From IMG/VR virus record IMGVR_UViG_3300036768_000388, positions 1 to 59,850 of that record: a DNA stretch of 59,850 bases; one strand, given 5' to 3'. Below the pieces are notes generated by a model. That model was given only the letters and a program-made list of their open reading frames with translations. It was not told where the DNA came from and did no database searches. Both the position numbers and the translations under genes were made by a program. The DNA comes from an uncultured virus (IMG/VR IMGVR_UViG_3300036768_000388). Taxonomy: Duplodnaviria; Heunggongvirae; Uroviricota; Caudoviricetes. Position 1 is the stretch's first letter. Each line of letters starts with the position of its first letter. Of this stretch, positions 1-9,732 are shown one piece after another.

Positions 1-38
1 GCTATCATAACAGAAGATTCTGTGATGACGGAGAATCG

Positions 39-557
39 ATGAGTTTTGTTGATCTGCAAGAGCAAGTTAAGGTACAAAAATATCAAATGTATATTGAGCC
101 ATCTTTACTAACTAAGTTAAAAATCAATGGTGTTGATATTAATGAATCTATTATGTTCTTTGCTACTCAAGTAGATCTAATGATAAATTGCCCACCTAAT
201 TATGGTAAAGATAAAAATGGTCTCAGAAAGATGAACGTTGATGTTAGGTTGCTTAAAGGGTATTATCCTAAGACAAAGTTATTGTTTAAGATTAGTGTAG
301 TTGAAAGATATGATTATTTCTCAGATCATAAGTACACCGTTAAAGTGTCTGAGCTGGTTCAAAGGTTTAAGAGACAATATTATTATAAGTATACTTTTAA
401 TTCATCTCAAGTTGAAAAAGAAATCTCAAAAAGACTAGAGAATAACCTATTAGGAACTAAGCATGAAGTATCCGATCTAATATCCCCTAAAGATGTACCG
501 AGAACGAGATGCATCTCACCTAAAGGTATGAAGCTATTTAAGCTTGAAGAGGAATAA
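39..557 (+). CDS. hypothetical protein
   Basis: 172-aa ORF, GGAG RBS upstream; no motif recognised. Confidence 0.7.
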   Translation: MSFVDLQEQVKVQKYQMYIEPSLLTKLKINGVDINESIMFFATQVDLMINCPPNYGKDKNGLRKMNVDVRLLKGYYPKTKLLFKISVVERYDYFSDHKYTVKVSELVQRFKRQYYYKYTFNSSQVEKEISKRLENNLLGTKHEVSDLISPKDVPRTRCISPKGMKLFKLEEE

Positions 558-840
558 TATGCTATTAGAGATAATCATTGCAGCAGCTTGTATACAAGGA
601 CCAGGATGCAGTTATGCTACATCTGCTTACTACAGGCAGAGCGTCGAGTTGCAGCAGATTGTTTCAAATGCTGAAAAATATGCTAACTCAATAGCAACTC
701 AATATCCAACGACTGTATATGCTCTTACACCAGTTTATACTTTAACTGTATCTAGAGTTGCTACATTTAAAGTTTATAAGACGTTAATGTTTGAAGTGAA
801 CATGAAGAATGAATATGTAGCATTGAGATGGAGTTACTGA
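544..840 (+). CDS. hypothetical secreted/membrane protein
   Basis: hydrophobic N-terminus (MLLEIIIAAAC); overlaps neighbouring ORFs. Confidence 0.6.
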   Translation: MKRNNMLLEIIIAAACIQGPGCSYATSAYYRQSVELQQIVSNAEKYANSIATQYPTTVYALTPVYTLTVSRVATFKVYKTLMFEVNMKNEYVALRWSY

Positions 841-1058
841 TGAAAGTTTGTTACTTAAATGATGAGAGTGTGCAGGTTAAAGTTAGAATAACCAACCAAG
901 ATGGCGATAACGAACACCCTACTCTAAGTCCTCACGAGATGAAGGTTTTCGAAGTCCATGCGCCTGAAGGATTAGTTCTGTTTGTAAAGAAGTGGGGCAA
1001 TCACATTGCCCTCTTATCGCACATGCTGTTGGTTGCACTTGATGAACTACATTCTTAG
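828..1058 (+). CDS. hypothetical protein
   Basis: 76-aa ORF overlapping the upstream stop. Confidence 0.55.
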   Translation: MELLMKVCYLNDESVQVKVRITNQDGDNEHPTLSPHEMKVFEVHAPEGLVLFVKKWGNHIALLSHMLLVALDELHS

Positions 1059-1103
1059 AAAAAAATACATGAGTTTGGCTTCTTCTGATATGAATTTATA
1101 TCA

Positions 1104-1164
1104 ATCTCACAGTAGCCGCAAGTTGGGCACCTATTCCAGAATATGAGTTCTGGGTGAGATAACA
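1104..1164 (+). pseudogene. tRNA-like relic (acceptor and T-like arm, no anticodon arm)
   Basis: ATCTCAC(1104-1110)/GTGAGAT(1154-1160) 7-bp stem stacked on a CCAGAA/TTCTGG hairpin, ending A-ACA. Confidence 0.3.
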
Positions 1165-1220
1165 TATGTACGAGTTTACATTTTGGGCAATTCATTTATA
1201 TATATTATACGAGGTTATTT

Positions 1221-1613
1221 ATGAAGTTAAAAGTAGACGACTTAAATTCAATACTAACACTAGTTAAAGCAACTGGTAACTACACATATAACAGGATTTA
1301 TAGCAGTAAGGATGCAGCTGCATATCGTCATGCGATGAAGGATTGCATCTCTACATTAGAAGAGGGTCTAGAGAACCTAGATCTAATTAGACATAAAGTA
1401 GAGTGTCTGAGATCGGAACCAAACTCTCTATATAAGGATAAACTCTTCAACAATAAGTCCTCAGAGAGAAGGTATTATTTGTTGGCAGTTAATCAGACGA
1501 TTGAGGTAATTGATAGTATTAAATTAAGATTTATAACTGGTGATACTGACTCATCTAATTATGTAAATAAAATAAGCGGTAATTACTTTTTACCAGCAAA
1601 GGTTTTTGTATGA
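1221..1613 (+). CDS. hypothetical protein
   Basis: GAGG RBS, 130 aa. Confidence 0.65.
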   Translation: MKLKVDDLNSILTLVKATGNYTYNRIYSSKDAAAYRHAMKDCISTLEEGLENLDLIRHKVECLRSEPNSLYKDKLFNNKSSERRYYLLAVNQTIEVIDSIKLRFITGDTDSSNYVNKISGNYFLPAKVFV

Positions 1614-1897
1614 TAGTTTCTCTAAATCAATTAGATGCTGCACTTTCACAGATGAAATATAAATTGCTTGGCTATGCAGCAGATAAAGAGGATGATCTAC
1701 AAGTTAATATAGAGTTTATTCCAGCTGACCCAGGTAATGGTCAGCTGGTTGATGTTATTTGTTTAAAGGCTTCAAGACCATCTAAGCCAGAGGATATTAA
1801 GGCTTATTCTATGGTTGTTGAAGTTATGCCGTACAGTGAGAATCAACCGCCAACGGCTTCTATTATAGAGGGTTTTAAAATTACAGCTAAGTATTAG
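1610..1897 (+). CDS. hypothetical protein
   Basis: ATGA overlap with the upstream gene. Confidence 0.7.
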   Translation: MIVSLNQLDAALSQMKYKLLGYAADKEDDLQVNIEFIPADPGNGQLVDVICLKASRPSKPEDIKAYSMVVEVMPYSENQPPTASIIEGFKITAKY

Positions 1898-2028
1898 AGG
1901 TAAATATGAGTTACTTCAAATTAAGAAAAGATCTAACAAAGATTTTTGCTAGTAAAACTCTATACAGAAGTGTATAAAAGCGTAAAAAGTAGATCTAATA
2001 ATTTCGCTAGATCTTGTAAAGAAATTAG

Positions 2029-2295
2029 TTAGATAATTTTACCTGGAGCAACTGATACTTGAGATACTGGACTTCCTGCAGTTGGGATACCAGGAGTAAC
2101 TTGAGCATTCTGAGTTATCTCCATAATGATATCCATAGCGATACCGCTGATAGCTTCTGCCATCTTTTGCCAGTGCTCATCAGCAATAGGGGTGTAACTT
2201 GAACCTTGGCCAGCAGCACTACCGAATTGTGCCTTAAGTCCATTGTAGATGGTCTCTTTCATCTTAGATTTAAGTGCATCTGGTTGCATTGGCAT
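2029..2295 (-). CDS. small putative virion protein (possibly baseplate/spike associated)
   Basis: own TATAAT (2325-2330) and GGAG RBS; helical MAEAIS..I..EIT.NAQV followed by GIPTAGSP..Q, a pattern I recall from small phage baseplate-region proteins. Confidence 0.5.
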   Translation of the reverse strand: MPMQPDALKSKMKETIYNGLKAQFGSAAGQGSSYTPIADEHWQKMAEAISGIAMDIIMEITQNAQVTPGIPTAGSPVSQVSVAPGKII

Positions 2296-2332
2296 ATGTA
2301 CAATCTCCTATAATTATAAGGAATATTATACT

Positions 2333-2788
2333 ATGAAAATAGAAGTTTATGCAGATGGCTCAGGAAACACATTTGACTCAGATGGTGGATTTGGCTTCCG
2401 GATTCTTATCGACAACTCCGTATATAAAGAAGGGAGCGGTTATTTACCTAAAGCTACAAACAACGTTGCAGAAATTACAGCTGCAATTGCAGGGCTTGAA
2501 GAGCTTAAGCGATGCATATCAAGTGATCCTATATTCTCAACGAGTGATATATCAATTACACTTGTATGCGATAGCCAACTCGTGCTCGGATACGCGTCAG
2601 GTAAGTACAAATGTAAAGCGCTACACCTTACACAACTATATGTTAAGCTTCGTCAACTCTATAAAGAACTTAATTGTGAAACCCGCTGGGTAAGAGGTCA
2701 TAGTGGTGAGGAACATAATGAGGCATGTGATAAGTTGGCTAAAGCAGCTCGTAATGAAAAAGGACTCACTAGCGGAAGCAAACCGTAA
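2333..2788 (+). CDS. rnhA: ribonuclease HI
   Basis: YADGS, TNNVAE, CDSQ, WVRGHSG..HNEACDKLA motifs; start moved to ATG 2333. Confidence 0.93.
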   Translation: MKIEVYADGSGNTFDSDGGFGFRILIDNSVYKEGSGYLPKATNNVAEITAAIAGLEELKRCISSDPIFSTSDISITLVCDSQLVLGYASGKYKCKALHLTQLYVKLRQLYKELNCETRWVRGHSGEEHNEACDKLAKAARNEKGLTSGSKP

Positions 2789-3188
2789 GTTTACAGAGTA
2801 TCATACATTAACGTACAATGATATGAGGATGGCTGAGATTTGAGTGGTTCTTAAAGTGATTACAATGTATAGATAAGAAAACAGAGTTGATCCAACTAGA
2901 CTGGGATGACCACATGAGATGGGATGGTATTGGACTTCATATAAGCAGAGAATTAAAGATGAACAAAACCACCCCTGACCTAAAAGCCATTTGTTATGGA
3001 AAACCTAGTTCACACTCACGACGCTTGCGTGAATTTACTGACACTACTGTGCTCGACCCCACATCCTGAGCATATATTTATATACCAGCGCTTGTGAGGT
3101 TACATAAGAATGTAACTCGAACTATAAAGCGTGTCCCAGTTTATGCAAATGGTTGCCCTTAACAAAGGTTCCGAGCAATTAAACTAGG

Positions 3189-3216
3189 CCACTACCCTCA
3201 AAAGAGGGCGGTGAGG
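3189..3216. terminator. hairpin after the nrdA stop
   Basis: CACTACCCTC-AAAA-GAGGGCGGTG stem-loop. Confidence 0.55.
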
Positions 3217-3219
3217 CTA

Positions 3220-4929
3220 TCAACCATGACAAGATAAGCACTCATCCCCTGTTTTATTTTTAGGTCCCTCTTCTGCTTGTCTAGTTCCAGCATCAGCTTT
3301 AAGAACAGATGATGAGCGACAATAATATAATGTTTTAACACCAAGTCTCCACGCTTCCATATGAACTTCATTGAACCATTTAGGGTCAACGTTAACTGGG
3401 AAGAATAGATTTAAACTCTGAGCCTGATCGATAAACTTTTGTCTCTGCGCGGCTTGCTGTATAAGCGCCATCTGGTTTATCTCTCTAGCTGTTAAGAATA
3501 CTCTCTTCTCTTGCTCTGTGAGGAACTTAAGATGTTGTACGCTTCCACCATTACCCACTACAGTTTTCCAAACTTCAGATGTATCTTGACCTTTGGCTTT
3601 TAGTAATGCTTCAAATGTTGGATTCTTAACTAAGAAAACACCTTTAGCTGTTTTATCTGCATAAGCGTTAGCTGGGATTGGCTCTATACCATAGCTAACT
3701 TCTCCACTAATGATAGAGTTAGAGCGAGTAGGAGCTATAGCCATGAGATGTGTATGTCTCATACCAGTACCAGAACACCACTCAGGTTCACCATGCGACC
3801 TAGCCATTTCCTGCGATGCAAGAACGGCCTTATCTCTGATCGTTTTAAATAGTAAGGCGTTTAATTGCATTGCACTAAATGATTCAAATGGGATCATTTG
3901 AGATTGCAATAGCGTATGCCATCCAAGAACACCGATACCAATAGCTCTTGATTTTTCTGCAAATCTAACAGATCTTTCAAAACCGGGTAAGTTTTTAGCT
4001 TTAGATATGAACTCAGAAACAACGCCATCTAAGAAATATACTGCAAGCTGCGGAAGGTCTGTATCTTTCCACTCATCCCATTTAGCTGCGTTTAGTGATG
4101 ATAAGCAGCAAACAAAGCTATGCTCATCATCTGTATGTAATGTGATCTCGCTGCAGATGTTAGTCATCTCAACTTTAAGGTTGTTCTTAATATACGCTTC
4201 AGGGTTAGCTCTATTAACCGTATCTTCAAACAGTAAGTATGGTTCACCTGTCTCTAATCTTGTCTTAAGGATCTCGATCCACAGCTTTCTAGCCTCTGCA
4301 TCCTTATTCTCAACCTTCTTCATGAAGCTGTCAGAGATGATTACACAGTGGTTTATATTAAGACATTGTCTATTGACGTCCCCAACTTGTCTACGAATAC
4401 GTAAGAATTCATTTATATCTAAGTGGTCTACGTGTAAGTTAACAGAACTAGCACCACGTCTAACGTTACCTTGTGATGTTGCTATAGTAGCTGAGTCAAA
4501 CACTTTAGCCCAAGGGATAACTCCCTCAGACTTACCGTTCTTACCTTCTCTAATTAAGGCGCCACGACCTCTAACTCTAGATAAACCTATACCAACACCA
4601 CCACCATGCTTTGATAACATAGCCATCTCATGTACAGATTTATATATACCATCTACTGAATCTGGAACTGCAAGACCAAAGCAAGATATTGGTAAACCAC
4701 GATCTGTTCCTAAGTTTGCAGCCACAGGTGTGGCAGGACAAAGCCAGTTTTTAGCCATAGCTTCATAAAACTTATCTTCTAAATCTAATCTAGATATTTG
4801 ACTAGCAGCAGCTTTAGCAACTCTGCGATACATGTCAAATACATTTTCACCCTCTAATAAATAACCATTTTTTAAAGTTTTTAAACCGGCTTCTGTAAGC
4901 CACTCTGGATAATCAATACCTCTAATCAT
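3220..4929 (-). CDS. nrdA: class I ribonucleotide reductase alpha subunit, short form without ATP cone
   Basis: PATP, ISCF, GGGVG, TNICSEI, APTxS, LYY and C-terminal CLSC motifs; likely start ATG 4929. Confidence 0.96.
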   Translation of the reverse strand: MIRGIDYPEWLTEAGLKTLKNGYLLEGENVFDMYRRVAKAAASQISRLDLEDKFYEAMAKNWLCPATPVAANLGTDRGLPISCFGLAVPDSVDGIYKSVHEMAMLSKHGGGVGIGLSRVRGRGALIREGKNGKSEGVIPWAKVFDSATIATSQGNVRRGASSVNLHVDHLDINEFLRIRRQVGDVNRQCLNINHCVIISDSFMKKVENKDAEARKLWIEILKTRLETGEPYLLFEDTVNRANPEAYIKNNLKVEMTNICSEITLHTDDEHSFVCCLSSLNAAKWDEWKDTDLPQLAVYFLDGVVSEFISKAKNLPGFERSVRFAEKSRAIGIGVLGWHTLLQSQMIPFESFSAMQLNALLFKTIRDKAVLASQEMARSHGEPEWCSGTGMRHTHLMAIAPTRSNSIISGEVSYGIEPIPANAYADKTAKGVFLVKNPTFEALLKAKGQDTSEVWKTVVGNGGSVQHLKFLTEQEKRVFLTAREINQMALIQQAAQRQKFIDQAQSLNLFFPVNVDPKWFNEVHMEAWRLGVKTLYYCRSSSVLKADAGTRQAEEGPKNKTGDECLSCHG

Positions 4930-5896
4930 TAAAAACGCTCTCCTCGCTCCAGTCAACTACACCTTTAGAATAATCAGCAACACGTCCCGCAAAGAAGTCT
5001 TGATGCGCTTCGCCGACCGTCATGTAATCGAACCAATCTAATCTTGCGACAGCCTCTTTATCTAAGTTTGTCCAATTAGATTTTAACCCTAAATCATGTA
5101 ACTTAGTGTTTGCTCTATACTTAATGAATGCTTTTAAATCTTTAGGATCTAAGCCAAGAATTGGCTTTCCATCTTGGAAGACAGAATCAATAAACTGTTC
5201 TTCTAATTTTACTGCATCTCTTGCAGCTTGAAAAATAGATCTTTTAAGCTCATCGTCCCATATATCAGGGTTCTCCGCAATTAGTTGGCGAAATAACCAG
5301 CATCCAGCTTTAGAGTGTAAAGACTCATCTCTAACAGAGAAAGTAATTATCTCTCCAACGCCCTTCATCTTATTATGTCTAGAGTAATTCAATAAGATTG
5401 CGAAAGATGAAAATAACTGAACACCCTCTGCGAAACCACTAAATATGGCTAGAGATAAAGCTTTATCTATAATGCTCTTACCGTTAGTCTCTATAAGGTG
5501 ATCGATCTTAGCTTTTCCTGCAGGATCTTGTAGAAATGCGGCAAAATCATCTAGACCTAAAGTTTCATTTAGATATGCATAAGACTTAGTGTGTATTGTC
5601 TCCATATTGGCAAACGCAGCTGCCATCATTTGGATCTCTGGTTTCTTAAACCAATTATGTACTTTTCCAAGCCAGTAATCATTACCGACTACGATTTCAA
5701 CTTGCGTGAAGCTCTTTAAAACTCCACCAATTAGTTTCTTCTCTTCTTCTGTTAAGTTAGTGTTCCAATCAGTTAAGTCTCTAGCCATAGAGATTTCAGT
5801 ATGAAGCCAGTGAACTTGTTGCTGAGCAAGCCAGTATTCGTAAGCTTGAGGATACTCAAAAGGATAATAAACCAATCTAGGTTTTAGTAAACCCAT
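4922..5896 (-). CDS. nrdB: class I ribonucleotide reductase beta subunit
   Basis: di-metal motifs ETIH..SY and DESLH, EGVQLFSSF, C-terminal DFF..RVADY. Confidence 0.96.
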   Translation of the reverse strand: MGLLKPRLVYYPFEYPQAYEYWLAQQQVHWLHTEISMARDLTDWNTNLTEEEKKLIGGVLKSFTQVEIVVGNDYWLGKVHNWFKKPEIQMMAAAFANMETIHTKSYAYLNETLGLDDFAAFLQDPAGKAKIDHLIETNGKSIIDKALSLAIFSGFAEGVQLFSSFAILLNYSRHNKMKGVGEIITFSVRDESLHSKAGCWLFRQLIAENPDIWDDELKRSIFQAARDAVKLEEQFIDSVFQDGKPILGLDPKDLKAFIKYRANTKLHDLGLKSNWTNLDKEAVARLDWFDYMTVGEAHQDFFAGRVADYSKGVVDWSEESVFND

Positions 5897-6035
5897 CAGC
5901 TTTGCCCTCCCATTTAATTGTTGTTATTGGTCGATACATATTTTACAAAGGATTCTGTAAACCACATTCAAACTTATCTCCTAAGTTACTTTTGCAAATA
6001 TTGTAGAATTTATCTTAACACGTGAGGGAGTAGAA

Positions 6036-6716
6036 ATGCAAGGTAATGACTCAATTAAACAATTTGAATTAATTTCTTCGTCAAATAACTTAGTGGAATT
6101 AGTCTCAATTACCCCTAACTCTGAAGAAGTTATAACCTATTGCGCTAGAGTTAGTAATCCAAATAATCAACTTAATTTTAATAACGCAGATAAATTAATT
6201 AACTATCTGATAGTGAATAAACACTGGAGCCCATTTGAAATGGCTCACATGACTCTGCAAATTAAAACATCAAGAGCTATTGCACCTCAAATATTAAGAC
6301 ATAGATCTTTTACATTTCAAGAGTTTAGTCAACGCTATGCTGCAGTGAATGAATCTGGTCTAGTGATGTACCAAGCTCGGCGTCAAGATAACAAGAATCG
6401 CCAGAACTCAATAGATGACCTATCAGATGAAGTAAAGCAAGAGTGGCTAAAGCGCCAAGAAGAGAATTGGAAGCAATCATTTGAGCATTATACTTGGGCA
6501 CTTAACAATGGCATAGCTAAAGAATGCGCCAGATCTATCCTCCCTATTGGGACTGGTACAACTCTATATATGTCGGGATCTATAAGATCTTGGATTCATT
6601 ATATTGAATTGAGGTCTTCTAATGGTACTCAGAAAGAGCACATGGATATTGCTATTGCTTGTAAAGATATCTTTAAAAGAGAACTGCCGGCGATTGCGGC
6701 AGCTCTTGGTTGGTAA
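6036..6716 (+). CDS. thyX: FAD-dependent thymidylate synthase
   Basis: HWSPFE, QILRHRSFTFQEFSQRY, KECAR..LP motifs. Confidence 0.96.
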   Translation: MQGNDSIKQFELISSSNNLVELVSITPNSEEVITYCARVSNPNNQLNFNNADKLINYLIVNKHWSPFEMAHMTLQIKTSRAIAPQILRHRSFTFQEFSQRYAAVNESGLVMYQARRQDNKNRQNSIDDLSDEVKQEWLKRQEENWKQSFEHYTWALNNGIAKECARSILPIGTGTTLYMSGSIRSWIHYIELRSSNGTQKEHMDIAIACKDIFKRELPAIAAALGW

Positions 6717-6781
6717 TTATTTTGGGCTTGGCACGAACCATCTTCGTACGGCTATTTGCCAGGAGTTGGTCTATGTCATTC

Positions 6782-7045
6782 TTAACATCTTTTTTCAACT
6801 ATTTTCCACTGGCCATTTTCAGAACAAGTTAACTCTTCTTTAAGCATCTTGTCTGCTATCTTTTTCGGATCTGGCTTATACGTTCCCGCATCTATTTGTC
6901 TTTGGAGGTTTTTTATTTTAGCTTCTTTAACTTTTTCAGCGGGTATTCCGACAACGTTTGAGCTAGTAGGCAGAATCTTAGCTGACTTTTGTAACTCAGC
7001 TTTTGCTTCTTCCAGTGACTTAATTAACTGTTCGATAATGTTCAT
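6782..7045 (-). CDS. FlgM-like anti-sigma-28 domain protein with LxKS-containing leader
   Basis: KIKNLQRQIDAGTYKPDPKKIADKML matches the FlgM C-terminal helices; start ATG 7045 with GGAG RBS and TGGTAGAAT promoter. Confidence 0.75.
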   Translation of the reverse strand: MNIIEQLIKSLEEAKAELQKSAKILPTSSNVVGIPAEKVKEAKIKNLQRQIDAGTYKPDPKKIADKMLKEELTCSENGQWKIVEKRC

Positions 7046-7064
7046 GTATAACTCCAATAACTTT

Positions 7065-7073
7065 ATTCTACCA
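7065..7073 (-). promoter_or_regulatory. extended -10 promoter (TGGTAGAAT) of the FlgM-like gene
   Basis: TGnTAnAAT about 20 nt upstream of the ATG. Confidence 0.55.
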
Positions 7074-7123
7074 TAAAAGACAATGAAAATTAACAAGTAC
7101 AATTCCACAAAAGGTGGTGCAAA

Positions 7124-7798
7124 ATGGACGATGAAATGGTTATTAAACCGAATGAAATCTGGGTAACTAAGTTTGACGAAGACCATGCACAAAAGTTCCG
7201 TCAACAGGTCTTAGAATCTGCAAAAACTGATCCGAATAAGCCTGTAGTTATCTATATTGATTCTTACGGTGGGTACGTTGACGCACTAGCTAAGATGATC
7301 GAAACACTAGATGAAATCCCTAACCCAGTAGTAACTGTATGTATGGGTAAAGCTATGTCTTGTGGAGCTATTCTTTTATCACATGGAGACGTGCGATTTC
7401 TAGGTGCTAATAGTAGAGTTATGGTTCATGAGGTTAGTTCTGGAACTTACGGTGATGTGCACGATATGCACGCAGACGTAAAAGAAACAGTTAGGTTGAA
7501 TGAGCATTTTATGGGCTTGTTAGCACGCAACTGTGGATTCAAGAGCTATGCAGAGTTGCGGTCTGTTATTAAGGACCAAGATGGAAGGGATAGGTATCTC
7601 TTTGGCGAAGATGCTATTAAATTCGGTATCGTAGATGTTATTGGTTTACCAAAAGTTGTAGGTAGATTAAACTATGAAGTTTCTAAACAAGCTAAGAAAT
7701 TAGCTTTTGAACCTCGCAATAAGCAATCTATCAGAACATCTCAATCTTCTAAAAAGAAAGTTAAAACTAAAAAATCTGATACTAAAAAACAAAGATAA
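7124..7798 (+). other. clpP: ClpP-like protease (paralog 1)
   Basis: IYIDSYGG, GKAMSCG (Ser), VMVHE (His), RDRY (Asp), AIKFGIVD. Confidence 0.9.
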
Positions 7799-7811
7799 TA
7801 TAGGAGGAGTT

Positions 7812-8141
7812 GTGTCAGACCAACAAGAAAAATCTCAGTCAGAGATCGATAGAACAGTGGCAATCACAGCAGAAGATTGTAATGCTGCTTTAGATTTCTG
7901 GAGACATTTTAATATTCCTATTAGCACAGAGTTACAGAATGCAATGGATTCTTTCTCAAGAGACCCATCTTTTGAGAATCAACAGAAAGTTAAATTCTAC
8001 GTGTGTAAGGCTATTGTAGAAACAGACCACCCTGCTTTTAAAGATGAGATGTTCTCTAAGATCGCAGAAGAGTGTGAAAACGTTAGCTTCCACATGCAAT
8101 TTGATAACGAACTAGAGTCAATATTAACAGAAAAAGAATAA
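7812..8141 (+). CDS. hypothetical protein
   Basis: GGAGG RBS before GTG 7812. Confidence 0.7.
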   Translation: MSDQQEKSQSEIDRTVAITAEDCNAALDFWRHFNIPISTELQNAMDSFSRDPSFENQQKVKFYVCKAIVETDHPAFKDEMFSKIAEECENVSFHMQFDNELESILTEKE

Positions 8142-8223
8142 TTTCCGGTACTTATAGTGGAGGACACCTAGGTATCACTTAGCTACCTAAGTGATATAAT
8201 AAGTTAAACAAGGGGAAATTACT

Positions 8224-8814
8224 CTGTCTAAGAAACTTAAGCGCAGAATACAAGAGTTGTGTGGTTTTAACGAATTAACTGACCGTGACGAAAGGATTGA
8301 ACGTGCTTATCAAATTCTCAACAGTGCCGAATTAAAGCAAGCTATATGCCTAAAGATATTAGGCACTACATTTAAAGATGTAGAGAAAGCTATGGATGCT
8401 ATCCTAAAAGAGCGCCATATTCCAGAAGAAAAAATGGAAGAGCTTGAAGAGGACTTTATTCCAGAAAAGTTCGACCCTGAAGTTACATTTATCGCAAATA
8501 AGCAAGCTGCTAGTCCCATTAAGAATAGAGGCTACACAACCCTATCTAGGGAAGATGTTGCTAGGCTTATGGCAGCTTCAAAAGCTGAACCAAAAGGTAT
8601 TGATAACACTCACCCTAAAACTAACTATCCAACTCTTTCTAGAGAAGAGTGCGAGCGATTAGTAAGAGAGTATTTTGAGTACAAACAAAAAGAAATAGAA
8701 CGTAAAAGACAACAAGAAGCGCAAGAGGAGATTCCATGGGTTTCAACGAAGACGACAGAATCCGCTCCAAAAACAAAATCCAAAACGAAGCGTATAAAAT
8801 GTACGAAGGATTAA
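8224..8814 (+). CDS. hypothetical protein with two Y.TLSRE...RL repeats
   Basis: frame is open back to a CTG at 8224 behind a GGGG RBS; YTTLSREDVARL / YPTLSREECERL. Confidence 0.6.
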   Translation: MSKKLKRRIQELCGFNELTDRDERIERAYQILNSAELKQAICLKILGTTFKDVEKAMDAILKERHIPEEKMEELEEDFIPEKFDPEVTFIANKQAASPIKNRGYTTLSREDVARLMAASKAEPKGIDNTHPKTNYPTLSREECERLVREYFEYKQKEIERKRQQEAQEEIPWVSTKTTESAPKTKSKTKRIKCTKD

Positions 8815-8934
8815 GAGCTTTCGGCTATAGTAACGAATATATTATAAAATACACCGAATTTGCCTTATCGTCCTCATCAGACAATTTCCGAAACGAGGTT
8901 CTTCACAAGATGATAGATCTTGCTAGGAGCTTAG

Positions 8935-9732
8935 ATGAGAGCAATTCGAGCAATTCAAGCAATTAGTTTTATATGTCTTATAAGCCATATTTCTTTTGCT
9001 AAGCAAATTAAAGTGGCTGTAATAGATACAGGTATCAGTGAATCAATGTTGAAATCGCCAACTCTTTGTGAAACAGGGCATAAGACTTTCGCTGGTATGT
9101 CTATATTAGATAATAACAATCATGGAACACATGTATCATCCCTAATCGATCAGAATGCTAAAAACTTCTTTGTAGGTGTAGATGGTAGTGATGAAAAGCT
9201 TCAATCAATTAAGATAGATTATTGTCAAATAATCATTAAATTCTACGATCCTAAGTCAACATCTAATTCTTTAGAAAGCACTATTCAATCGTTTAATTAT
9301 GCAATTGAGCAGAAAGTTGACATCATAAATTATTCTGCTGGCGGACTTAAACCTTCAATTCGAGAAAAGAAAGCAGTTATTAAAGCATTAGATGCTGGAA
9401 TAATTGTAGTTGTTGCTGCAGGTAATGAGGGATCTGACTTGAATGAGAAAGGTTACTATCCAGCATTATATGACTCTCGCTTGATTGTGGTTGGTAACTT
9501 AGAAAAACCTAAGCAAATTGCTAAGTCATCTAACTTTGGTTCTAAAGTTACTTCCTGGGAAATAGGAACGAATGTGTTGGGTAAATTGAAAGATGGTTCA
9601 TACGGCATGTTGACTGGTACTTCGCAAGCAGCTGCTATAAAAACTGGAAAATTAATTCGACAAATGGTCTCAAAACAGAACCAGTTACCTAGTCTACGAG
9701 GTAAAATTAAGGCTATACCGATGGAGTTTTAA
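8935..9732 (+). CDS. subtilisin-like S8 serine protease, secreted
   Basis: signal peptide, VAVIDTG, HGTHV, AAGN, GTSQA. Confidence 0.9.
   Translation: MRAIRAIQAISFICLISHISFAKQIKVAVIDTGISESMLKSPTLCETGHKTFAGMSILDNNNHGTHVSSLIDQNAKNFFVGVDGSDEKLQSIKIDYCQIIIKFYDPKSTSNSLESTIQSFNYAIEQKVDIINYSAGGLKPSIREKKAVIKALDAGIIVVVAAGNEGSDLNEKGYYPALYDSRLIVVGNLEKPKQIAKSSNFGSKVTSWEIGTNVLGKLKDGSYGMLTGTSQAAAIKTGKLIRQMVSKQNQLPSLRGKIKAIPMEF

Noticed and set aside
3140-3165. tmRNA tag frame (GCA-AAT...TAA)
   Set aside because: Only five codons, no Ala-rich end and no tRNA-like termini.
4007-4768. 253-aa ORF antisense to nrdA, and similar shadow ORFs (2349-2693, 16555-17013, 41450-41731, 51087-51502, 59056-59392)
   Set aside because: They fully overlap well-supported genes and show no motifs or translation signals.
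3220-5896. Introns or inteins in nrdA/nrdB
   Set aside because: Both frames are continuous and compact, with no splicing motifs.
7046-7204. 53-aa N-terminal extension of the FlgM-like ORF in the track
   Set aside because: It overlaps the clpP1 start on the other strand, and the promoter and RBS sit at ATG 7045.
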